This document shows, piece by piece, positions 27,535 to 37,850 of a stretch of 41,709 nt of DNA. Each line of letters begins with the position of its first letter. The stretch's first letter is position 1. This DNA comes from a virus. Taxonomy: Duplodnaviria > Caudoviricetes. The position numbers and the translations under genes were made by a program. The notes below the pieces were generated by a model that searched no databases, was not told where the DNA came from, and worked only from the letters and a program-made list of their open reading frames with translations. The stretch is taken from IMG/VR virus record IMGVR_UViG_3300020578_000170, positions 1-41,709 of that record. One strand, 5' to 3'.

Positions 27535-29768
27535 GACTGCTTAACCTTTACTCCTACTTTATAAGAATACAATATTGGTGTTATATTTTTTGAAAATGGT
27601 TTCTTCATATCTATCTTCAATAAGAAATTTTTTACAGAAGCAGGAATTTTTGGAGAGAATAGATAGCTAACACCAGGAAGTCTAAATCTTTCTTCTATAT
27701 TTTGATTGATAGCCAATATTTCTGGAGTATTTTTGAATGGACTTTCAATTGATGAAATTTTTACCCAATTAGTTCCATCGTCAAAAGATAGACTATATTC
27801 AATATAGTCATTAATGTCGGCTGAAACTGAACCAGAAAACGAAGACTCAGCTGACAGTGTTATATATTCTATTTCTGATGGAACATCATATCTTTTTGAG
27901 ACAATTTGAGCATTTTCTGAATAGGACTCAAGGCCAGCTGACACGTCCCTAAGACCTATAGACCTTCTTTCCGCATTCAATATCTCGTACTGTCTAGTCA
28001 AATTAACCTTGTAAGTTCTTGTTTGATTTGCTGTATCAAAACTATTTGTTTCTACTATTTGTGCCGTCCCTACAACAAGTTCAAACTTTTCATATTTCTG
28101 ACCTGAAGTTCCATCTGCATTTTCAGTATTAAACCAGTTTTTTATTGTGTCAAGAAGAGATTTCAACTCTTCAGTAGTACTTGATGTCACATATGGAAAA
28201 GAATCATTATTATAAGAATTACTGATAACATTTCCACTGGATATGTAACTAGCCTTGTTCCTTTCATTGATTGATGCATATCCTTGTAGTCGAGTAAGCT
28301 CTTGACTAAATTTTTCATAGAATCCATTAGTTATTCTATATATTTTTCCATCGGTTCCCTCAGCCTGAAGGCAATAACCTTGTGAGTTTGGTATTGACCT
28401 CTGAAGTCTTACGTCAATTGAATTTGTATTATTAACTTCTGACTTCAAAATGTTTGGAGTATTAATACTAGGAACTATTGCTTTTGGATCAAATGTTTTT
28501 GAGGACCAAGGTATGTTAGGAAATAACAAATCTTGAACTATTGTTGGATCTTGTGGATTAAACCTTGGCTGTCCGTAGTAAGGGTTGCCCGCTTTTGTTG
28601 AGTCTGGCTTGTAATAGAGATGTTTTATCTTTACGTCTGAAGATTCTGACTGTTCAAATGTTATTTTAATTTTTTTAATATTACGTTCTTCAAACCTGAT
28701 TTTTGCTTCTCTATAAAAGAAATACTTTGCTTTATCTAAAGATGATGGAATAAAGCTAGAACTAATCCATATTGGTTCTGTTAATATGTTTTCTACCGTG
28801 TCTTTTTCATCTGTTATCTCCAACTTTGTAACTATTACGTCTTTGGCGGTAGAATTCCCACTTCCAAAATAGGGAAGTATATTTACAAAGTTTGCAGGCT
28901 GCGCATATTCTGATTCCATCACCAGGCATAAAACAAGCTTCTGACCCTTAAACGAAGACCAATCATCATAAGATACATTTGACTCACCAGTAGAAGAATT
29001 TATATATTTAAACTCAAAATCTTGGGCTGCTGACGGCTTGTTTATTATGTTGATTTGTTCATATTCAAAAAATGTAGTTGGATTATTGTCTCTTATATTT
29101 TCTTTATTTCTTGAAGTTGGAGTATTCTTAAATACATACTGATAGTCTAAGTCCGTATCTTTTAGTATAATTGCTTCGTGATTATTTCCAGCATAGCCGT
29201 TTGATTCTGGCGCTATATAAACATATTTAGTAGCCCAGTTTTTAACTTGCCCTATAGACAAAGTCATTTGACCATTTTCTATCAACGGCATTACTGTAGA
29301 GTCTTTTATTTTAGAAAAATCTATATAATCAGAACTATCAAAAGAGTTCCCAAAGTAGTACAGATCGTTAGATGGCCCGCTTGAGTACATCTGTAAAACT
29401 TTTATCTTGCTTTTAATTCTATTCATAAAACTATTTTCTTGTTCAATTTCAGAACTAAATAGATTAAAAGAATTAACAATGTTAGCCGACATGTAGTCTA
29501 ACTGCTTGGATATAATATTAATATCGTTTGAATAGCTTGCAGTGAACTCATTAAATTTTTGAGACACTGGAGGTTCACCCTTGATGTATGGATTGAACTC
29601 TGTCAGTGGTCCAGAAATCCTTTGATTTAAAAATGATATTAAATTTTGATATTCCTCAAGAAATTTTTTATTTGTAGGAAATTTATTTTCTCTATAGTCA
29701 ATTATAAATTTAGAAACTTTGGCTATTATTTGGTCATATACAATCGTATTTGTTGATAACTGAGTCAT
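27531..29768 (-). CDS. Putative virion (baseplate/tail) protein (745 aa)
   Basis: Same architecture; Asp-box-like SFDDGTNW; ends TPILYSYKVGVK. Confidence 0.55.
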   Translation of the reverse strand: MTQLSTNTIVYDQIIAKVSKFIIDYRENKFPTNKKFLEEYQNLISFLNQRISGPLTEFNPYIKGEPPVSQKFNEFTASYSNDINIISKQLDYMSANIVNSFNLFSSEIEQENSFMNRIKSKIKVLQMYSSGPSNDLYYFGNSFDSSDYIDFSKIKDSTVMPLIENGQMTLSIGQVKNWATKYVYIAPESNGYAGNNHEAIILKDTDLDYQYVFKNTPTSRNKENIRDNNPTTFFEYEQINIINKPSAAQDFEFKYINSSTGESNVSYDDWSSFKGQKLVLCLVMESEYAQPANFVNILPYFGSGNSTAKDVIVTKLEITDEKDTVENILTEPIWISSSFIPSSLDKAKYFFYREAKIRFEERNIKKIKITFEQSESSDVKIKHLYYKPDSTKAGNPYYGQPRFNPQDPTIVQDLLFPNIPWSSKTFDPKAIVPSINTPNILKSEVNNTNSIDVRLQRSIPNSQGYCLQAEGTDGKIYRITNGFYEKFSQELTRLQGYASINERNKASYISSGNVISNSYNNDSFPYVTSSTTEELKSLLDTIKNWFNTENADGTSGQKYEKFELVVGTAQIVETNSFDTANQTRTYKVNLTRQYEILNAERRSIGLRDVSAGLESYSENAQIVSKRYDVPSEIEYITLSAESSFSGSVSADINDYIEYSLSFDDGTNWVKISSIESPFKNTPEILAINQNIEERFRLPGVSYLFSPKIPASVKNFLLKIDMKKPFSKNITPILYSYKVGVKVKQS

Positions 29769-29769
29769 T

Positions 29770-32391
29770 TTAACTTAACCTTAAAAGTTTTTCCGAGAAC
29801 GGATCAAGGTTTTTCACCTTGCATTTTAATATTACATTATCAATAGCTATTCCGTTGTATACACCTGGAATATTATTTCTTATAATCAACCTAAATCTTA
29901 ATGATGAAGGAATATAACTATATTTAACGTTAATTTGATTTGAGATTGGTTTATTGAATATAAGCTCTTTGCCGTTTTGAAAAAATAAACACTCATCTGT
30001 ATTATAGAAAGAGCCTTTTTCAAAGCTATTATTTGTATAATTTGTTAAGTTAACGGCAGTTGTGCCATTATCTAGGGTAACAATAATAGGAGAATAACCA
30101 ACGTTTTCTGTAGTATTAATAGTACCATACAAGTTGTTATATACAGCTGTTGCAAATCTATCTTCTACATATGGAACATAAGATAGAAGTAGTCTGTTAC
30201 CAGAACTTGTTCCTAAAAACTTTTCTCCAGGTGTGCCATTTGAAGCGTAAACCCTAACTGCAAAGCTTGAATTTGATAAAGAATCTATATCTACTAAATT
30301 CTGCTTATAACTTATTAAATCTACTTCATATTCTGCAACATATGTTGCTTTTGAGTCAACGGGAGTAGAATAAGTAACAAGATTACCCAACTCTGAATAT
30401 GACCAATAGTTTGGATTTTCTAAGTATCCATTTTTATATATTTTGATAGAACTGACGTTAGGCGCAAATCTTAATTTCGCTATGTTCAGCCTGTCAAAGA
30501 ATAAAACTTCTGAATCTATTTTCCCATCTATTTCAGCCATTAATGGGGTCCAAGATGACTCTGAATCAATAACATCTGTCCACGCAACACTCAACTCGTA
30601 AGACCCAGCCTCTTTTAGATCATATCTAGTAAAAGATAAATCTCTTCTTTCTTTTACTACATTAACAATTCCTTTTACTCCCAAAGGAGCGCCATCCATT
30701 TCTATTTTTTTAGAAATAAAACAAGCTTTATTCTGAGTTTGATTTTGATTAACTCCAAATAGAATTGAATTCAAAGAAAAAGAATATTCATATGAATTTG
30801 ATACTTCTTTGTTTTCAAGGTATTTTGTTACGTCGTCTATTGACAGGCCTGGAGCAAGTGGATCCTGACTTTGAAAGTCTAACGAATAATTTTGATAATC
30901 GTTTTTAACAGGAATAAAACCATCTGTTCTTGTGGTTGAAATTAGATTGTCATTTGCGTTTGCTCTAGTTGAACGATATATCTTTGTATTGAATAAATTA
31001 GATCTAGTATCAACAACATGCTGAACAATGCTGTGAACTATGTTTTCAATAGCTGTTGTATTTTTTTTGTCAATAACATCTGATATTTTAGCATTTATTT
31101 CACTGTCCGAACAGCCATAGAATTTTTCTATAAAACCAAAATCGTTATACTCTTGCGAAACAGGATATTTATTTGAGTAATAGTCAGGGTATTTATTTAA
31201 ATCTTTTTTCAAATTGAAGTCATTAGAATAACCTTTGAAGTAAAAATAAACTATATCTTGCAGCGTGTATGATTTTTGATTTTTGTTTTTCTTTCTTGTC
31301 TGTACAATACTCCTTAGTGCTTTTGAGTTCATTTCTTGTTTAATTGAAGTATTTTCTGTTCTTGTGTATTTTGATTGATTAAAGATAAATAATATACTTT
31401 TAACTTTAGACTTTTCAAATACAATATCTACTGGTTTATTTAAAGAAAGTGGCGAATGAAGAACTGGAAAATCAATATATTCATTCTGAACAGAAACTGT
31501 ACCCATTGATACAGTTGGATTTGTTTTTTCCAAAACAACCTGTAGAAGCTGTAAACCGTTTGAATCATTTGGGGTAATTCTTATGAAATCTATTTCTACA
31601 GGCGTAATAAAAGAAACTAAATTAGAAGATTGCGCTCCCTTAATATAAGACGTATCGTATGTAACGTACTTTGGGAGTTCAAGGACAGATGATGTTAATA
31701 GATATGGAGCCTTAACTGTAACAGACCAATTGTCAACTTTACTGTCATTAAACAATAGATCAAATCCGCTATTATTAGTTAGGTATTCTGAATAATTATT
31801 ATATTCAGTTGTTTGCTTAATGTTGCTAATTGTATTTATAAAACTAGCTCCATTTGATATTGTCATTTTACTTAGAACTGTATCTATTTTATAGTTTCCA
31901 TTTTCTTCAAAGTTAATACCGTCTCTATCAAACAAACCTATGTTGGTATTTTCATTAGCAAATGAGTTGATATTATTATCAAAGTTTTCAATATAATTGA
32001 AGTTGAAAAGATCATCTTCACCAACTATAAATTGATAGTTGTCTATAAAATTTTCTAAAAACAATATATCTTTTTCTAATTTATTTATTTCTGAAGAAAA
32101 AATAGACATCATTGAATTTAGTATATTAGATATAGAAGACGCTGCTGAAAAAAACTGTGACACCCTTAATCCAGAATCTCTAAAGAATTCTAAAACTGAC
32201 TCAACATTCATAGTTGAATAGCTTAATGCTAAAGCTGGACTATAATTTATTGAGTTATCAAAATTGTTTAGATTTTGAACTAAAACAGATATTTGAGTCT
32301 TATCGCCTTTTACGCTTTGTAAAAGAGAACTTACCGTTCTTCTACTTTGGGAAGAAAAAGTTTCTAAGACCTCAGGAAGTTGTCGTAACAC
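29770..32391 (-). CDS. Putative virion (baseplate/tail) protein (~873 aa)
   Basis: Same architecture. Start uncertain (GTG 32391 or TTG 32430). Confidence 0.55.
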   Translation of the reverse strand: MLRQLPEVLETFSSQSRRTVSSLLQSVKGDKTQISVLVQNLNNFDNSINYSPALALSYSTMNVESVLEFFRDSGLRVSQFFSAASSISNILNSMMSIFSSEINKLEKDILFLENFIDNYQFIVGEDDLFNFNYIENFDNNINSFANENTNIGLFDRDGINFEENGNYKIDTVLSKMTISNGASFINTISNIKQTTEYNNYSEYLTNNSGFDLLFNDSKVDNWSVTVKAPYLLTSSVLELPKYVTYDTSYIKGAQSSNLVSFITPVEIDFIRITPNDSNGLQLLQVVLEKTNPTVSMGTVSVQNEYIDFPVLHSPLSLNKPVDIVFEKSKVKSILFIFNQSKYTRTENTSIKQEMNSKALRSIVQTRKKNKNQKSYTLQDIVYFYFKGYSNDFNLKKDLNKYPDYYSNKYPVSQEYNDFGFIEKFYGCSDSEINAKISDVIDKKNTTAIENIVHSIVQHVVDTRSNLFNTKIYRSTRANANDNLISTTRTDGFIPVKNDYQNYSLDFQSQDPLAPGLSIDDVTKYLENKEVSNSYEYSFSLNSILFGVNQNQTQNKACFISKKIEMDGAPLGVKGIVNVVKERRDLSFTRYDLKEAGSYELSVAWTDVIDSESSWTPLMAEIDGKIDSEVLFFDRLNIAKLRFAPNVSSIKIYKNGYLENPNYWSYSELGNLVTYSTPVDSKATYVAEYEVDLISYKQNLVDIDSLSNSSFAVRVYASNGTPGEKFLGTSSGNRLLLSYVPYVEDRFATAVYNNLYGTINTTENVGYSPIIVTLDNGTTAVNLTNYTNNSFEKGSFYNTDECLFFQNGKELIFNKPISNQINVKYSYIPSSLRFRLIIRNNIPGVYNGIAIDNVILKCKVKNLDPFSEKLLRLS

Positions 32392-35300
32392 TGCTGCCCC
32401 AATCCTTTCCTTCCATGTCCTGTAGTTCAAACACTACACCAGCTGTAATATTGTTTCTAACAATTGTATATACTTCATTGGGATTTGTAAAGTTTTTCTT
32501 TACAAGTTTTGGAATTTTTACAATAACATAACCGCCCTTAGGATAAGCTTCGCCAAGAGCTGGGTACACGTCCCAATAAGAAATAGATTCTTCAATATCG
32601 TTCAGTATTTTATTAGTGCTAAAGCTTGCAGATATTCCGCCACCCCTTGTTCTAAGATCTTGGAAAGAAAAGTTCTCATCAGAAAATGTATTAATAACAT
32701 AAACTATTCCTATTAAGAGAGCAAAGGGGTCATATTCTGAGGCATCGTACTTGTTAAATATATTGTTGTTGTAGGTAAAATTAACAATTGGACCAGGTAT
32801 ATAGTCTTCAACTATTACATCTCTCATAACAGCTATAGATATTTGATCTGTTGGAGTTGATGCAGATTTGTATATTTCTGTTGGCTTAAGATAAATATAA
32901 AGAGGTTTATTTACTTTTACTGTATCTTTGTTTAAAAATGGGTTCAATGGAATTGGATTTCCTCCCGAACCTCTGACCATAACGTCTGAAGACTTTGTTG
33001 TATAGCTAACTTTTGTTAGTCTTTCATCAGAAGATATAATTGAAGAGTTAAATTCTATCAAACCAGTTTTGCAATTTACGTTTCTAAACTCAGTCCACGG
33101 CACCTGCTGCCAGGTGGCATTGATACTAGATCTCGTATACACTTTTATAATTGGCCTAAAGTCGGCAGCAAAGCGGAATAAATCATCCGATTTTTCATGA
33201 ACAACATGTATTGGAGCATTTCTCACAGTGATGGACTGGGCATTATTGTAAACTGGAATCTCATCTACAATATCGTAGTATCCTCTGCCAAATACTTTTG
33301 ACCACCCTACGGAGTTAATGTCGGATGTATCGTATTTAGCTCTTAGCTTTTGACCGTTATATTTAATTAACCAATCCTTAGGCCTATCTAGCTGTAGTGA
33401 TATTTCTTTAACAAATGATCCAGAAGTTATAGATAGTGGCCATGGTTCAGTTTTATCTAGTTTTGAAGAAGTTTTACTTAGTTGAATTTTATTTCTAGGG
33501 ACTGAAGAAACCCTAAATACTGGATAGGCCGATCTACTTGGAACCTGTGTTGGCTGATACATATCTCCATTTGCAGAACCAGTGTACTCCCTTTGTGTAC
33601 TTAGGTCTCCGTCATAGTCATAAGCATAAAGGCCTATGTATAGATTTTGCGGGCCAATTTCTTGATATTTTGTGTATGTTATATTTTTGCCAATAAATTG
33701 TTTATTTCTAGCATCGTAAAAACCATACTGAAGCCCTTCTTGAGCGGGCAATGTATTTATCAATTCAACGTTAGAGTAATAAACATCTAGGTTTGGATCA
33801 GCAGATGTCATACCGGAAGCTAGATTTATTCCATATGGAGAACCATCAGGCTTACAAATAAGTGTAACTCCATCGTAATAATTGAAAGAATTTTTTCCAG
33901 GTCTTACAATAGCACTTTCTGCATTTCTTACGTTGTACCCAGTAATACTTTCACTTGTTACTTTCGTTGTTGAGGAATTGTATGACGATAAGTTACTCTT
34001 TAAGAACACTGTATTTCCGCTGGTTGTAAGGTCAATGTTAGATGACTGATACGAAATATTGGTACCAGCTTGCTTCACAGCAGATACTGTTGCTGTTTGC
34101 AGGGAAATACTACCAGATATAATTGATGACAAATTTACTTTTTCTATTCTATTTAAATCAGGCTTGTATGCCGTTTGATTTAAAGCTTCAGCCAAACCAG
34201 TTTTAGTCAGTAAAATATTACTAAATTCATTTCCATCTATTCTATAAACAGATATAGAATTTAATGTGGCATTTCTTAAAAAATCTGAATTAACTCCTAT
34301 ATTCTGTTGAGCAAATGAAACTGCATTGACTGGAACTGATATAGAAACTGTTCCTTCTACCTCTCTAGAAACAGCAACTTCTGATGGCGGGACTGATCTA
34401 TGTACTGCAGGTACTTTATCTTGACCTGGTGTAATAACTTTTTTAAATCTACATAAACATTTTATTCCCGCAATAGCTAGACCTTCGGCAGTAGAGCCAA
34501 ATGCCCCACCTAATCTAGATCCCTGGAGTAAGATTGAGACATATCTACCCTTTGTGAACCTTCCATCACTATCTATTCTGGTAGTACCTTTTGTGTACCT
34601 AGCATGTGCCCCAGAATTCTGATCTTTAGTAAACGCATATGTATCAGATGTTACTACACGTAAAACTTTATAGCCATCGTACGAAGGTGACACTACTTGT
34701 GTTCCAAAATCTCCACCTTCTATAGTTATAGCTGTTATATCGTTTATAGATTCTAAATCTGGTAACTTAAATCCAACCCATACTCTGATTGTGTCAGGAT
34801 CTCTTTCTGCATTTGAGATACCGCTAAAATTGATTAATTTAAATCCTTGACCATTCTCCAGTGCACGCTTTGCACTTTTACTTTGTCTTGCTCCATTTAA
34901 ATATTTGTCTATGTTTTTATCTTTATAGGTGTTTGAATTTATTTTCCTTTTATAATCGTCAAATCTTTCTTCGCTCATATTTGCCCAAACTCTTGCTAAC
35001 CACATTTTTGTTTGAGAATCTACTATGCCATCTTGCTTAAGGCCTCTGTCTTTTTGGAATGCTTTTAACTTAGTTGTAGTATTTGCTCCAAAAACTCCAT
35101 CTACTGATGTAGCAAAGTTGTTTCCAGCAGCTGTTAGGGTTAACTGTATGTACTTAATGTATGTTGGAGTTCCCTTACCAGCAAAATATTCATCCCATGT
35201 ATTACCCTTATCTATATCGTATGTATAATTAAATGCATTATAGAAGCTAGATATTTTAGTGAGTTGAGGATCAACAAGAGAATAATCACCAGTTTGCGAT

Positions 35301-37850
35301 GTCTCTATGGAACCTATTGCAATAGTAGTTTCTTCACCAGGTTCTATTACCTGTTCCTTTGCGGGTATCTCTGGTGAAACTAATTCATCTGGATTGTTCC
35401 TAAGGTAAGTATGACTTTGGGTAAACTTTGCCGTTGCAGTTACGTTCAGCGTTGCGTCAAAATTAACTGGAGTGTCAGATCCAGATGTAATAGATTGCGT
35501 TGAGGCAAGGTTTACAGAATAGTTTCTAACTGGAGCAACTGGGGCAACTTTTAGTTGGCTCCTCTTAGAGGGAATTAATTTACTTTTGACAACATATGGT
35601 CCAAATCCACCTGGAATAGTAAACTTTGGAGACACTTTATTTGTGTGAGTTTCACAGGCTACACTCTTATTTACAATTTTAACTAAGTTATAAGACGATG
35701 AAACTTCTCTCTTTTCAGAGTCTGATACTGATACTGTATTTGTCCACAAAACATTAGGGTTTGTATACTCTATGTAAAGAGTGGTGTTAGCATCGCTTTG
35801 GTCTAGAAAGACATCAGACAAATTAGAAACAGTTGAAGATATTTCTGCCCTATAAAGATTTTTTGGAGAAGCTATTGTTTCTCTTACATACTTTCTTTCG
35901 CCTGAAACTATTCCATTTTTATAGTATGAAATCAATTCGTCTTCAAACAGTGCATTAGGATCAATTACCCAATCGCTATACCACTGACCACTGTAATAGT
36001 GTACGCTAGACCTTAGATCAAATCTATATCTAGTTGATTCAATCTTGTCATTTATGCCCACTGAAATGCAGTTGTAAAAAAACTTATATGGACCTTCTAC
36101 AAAGTTAGAAAATGAAGAACCAGTAGACACTGGTATAGAAGATTCTCCATTGTTTGGAGTTGATATAGCGGTATTGGCTGAGTATAAATCATTGCAATAC
36201 TTTAAAAAACCAGTAGTTGACGCAACTACATTACTCGCCATTAACCTGTCAGTTTTTTTAACAGTTCTAAGTAGGACGAAAAATTTTTGAGAATTTCTCT
36301 CTAATAAAGATTCTAGTCCGCTATTTGTAAAGTAATTATATTTTTTGTGAGCATTAGTTGCCCCCTTGCTAAAGCCATAAATTCCACAGTCTGTAGCAAA
36401 TTCCGAAGTTGTTATAGAGAATGCATTATTTTTTTGAGCGTTTAACAAGAGATTGCTTGTTGCGTATGTGCTGGGAGCAGAAGTTGGAGTGGTGTTAATA
36501 TCAGCTCCGGCTATAGTTAGGGCTGGATTTAGCTTCAGAAGAGCATCAGTGGGAGCACCTATTGTATCTACAATAAATGTTCCCGCATTTTCTAGAAAAG
36601 AATTGATCTTTGCGGCGTGGGGATCCGTTAGTGACCAGTGCAGCGAGCATGCCAAAATATCATAGTTTTTGATTTGCTCATCTGTTACAGACTCTATATC
36701 TACAAGCCAATAGTTGGCAAGGCTTTTGTTTATTAATGTTGAATTAGGATTTTCAAAAACAAAATTTGCCAAATTAAAAACTGAGTTTTGAAGATTTAAA
36801 AAGACATAAGGGTTTATATTACTAAGATCCCTTGTTACGGAATCAGAGTATAGGACACCAACTTTTACTGTTTTTGTTTGAATATTTTGAGTAGTAAAAT
36901 CTCTGCCATAATTTATATCAGAAAAATCTACTGAGTTTTGAACTCTTGCAACAATTCTCCAGTTATGAAGTTCAAATATTCTATTATCATCAATTGCTTT
37001 TTTATTAACATAAACAACGTTGTCTTCAGAACCCATAACATGATTATTAATTGACTTTGTTTTTGTATTTCTTTTAATAGAATACGTTTTATCAAAAAGA
37101 TTAGAAGGATCTACAACTTCAGCTTCTTCTTGAATTTTCTTAAATAATGGAACTGGATTTATAGATTCAGAATATTTTAGAATTTGTTTAGACCAAGAGC
37201 CGTCTTTGGTTACCTCAACCTTATCATACACTAAAGTTAAATTTTCTGGGTAGGCGTCTTCGATAAAAATAATTATCTTATGAGGTATTTCATTGGATAT
37301 AATATTCTCATCAGTAACGAAAGACTCAAAAGAAATTCTATACTTTAATCTACCAGTTTCAAGATTAGAATAAAGATTACCATTTTTGTCAACAACTTTA
37401 ATGTTGTTTGGTATAAATCTATCTTCAACGTAATGATTTAGACCACTAGATACATGCATTCCGGTTCTAAGTAAGGTAAAGTGATTGCTTACGTAGTAAT
37501 TCATTGCATACGGCTTTTGGGCCAATTCACTCTGCCCATAATTTTGAAGAACTACTTCTTCATTTAAAAATATATCACTAATTAGAACATCATCGGAGGG
37601 AATATATGGATTTCCATTTTCGTCTTCCAGCATTCCAAGCTCGTTTGCAAACATAAGCTTATTAAAAGAAGAGTCTTCATTGACATTCTGTTCAATGGTT
37701 GAAGATAAGTCAACAAAAGCAAGGTTGTTTTCTGGACTTATCTCTTTAGAAGAAAACCAACCGAAGGTTAATTGAGTCTTTTGGTATAAAATTGCCAGTC
37801 TTTACTGCTGGTTCTTTTAGCGATTCTGTCTTGTCAACAAAACTCTTCAT
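32372..37850 (-). CDS. Large virion protein with a peptidoglycan-binding domain (~1825 aa), joined by a +1 frameshift at CGG 37763-37761
   Basis: ATG 37850 directly follows the upstream TAA. After 29 codons, AAC CTT C|GGT TGG TTT TCT gives a +1 frame that stays open for 36 codons into MFANELG. PG_binding_1-like segment YIKYIQLTL...VDGVFGANT...AFQKDRGLKQDGIVDSQT at about 35164-34997. Confidence 0.75.
37760..37763 (-). other. +1 frameshift site CGG-T (large virion protein)
   Basis: 0 frame reads CTT CGG TTG GTT TTC TTC TAA; the +1 frame has TAA about 12 codons upstream. The shift explains an otherwise empty 196-nt gap in a tightly packed operon. Confidence 0.7.
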
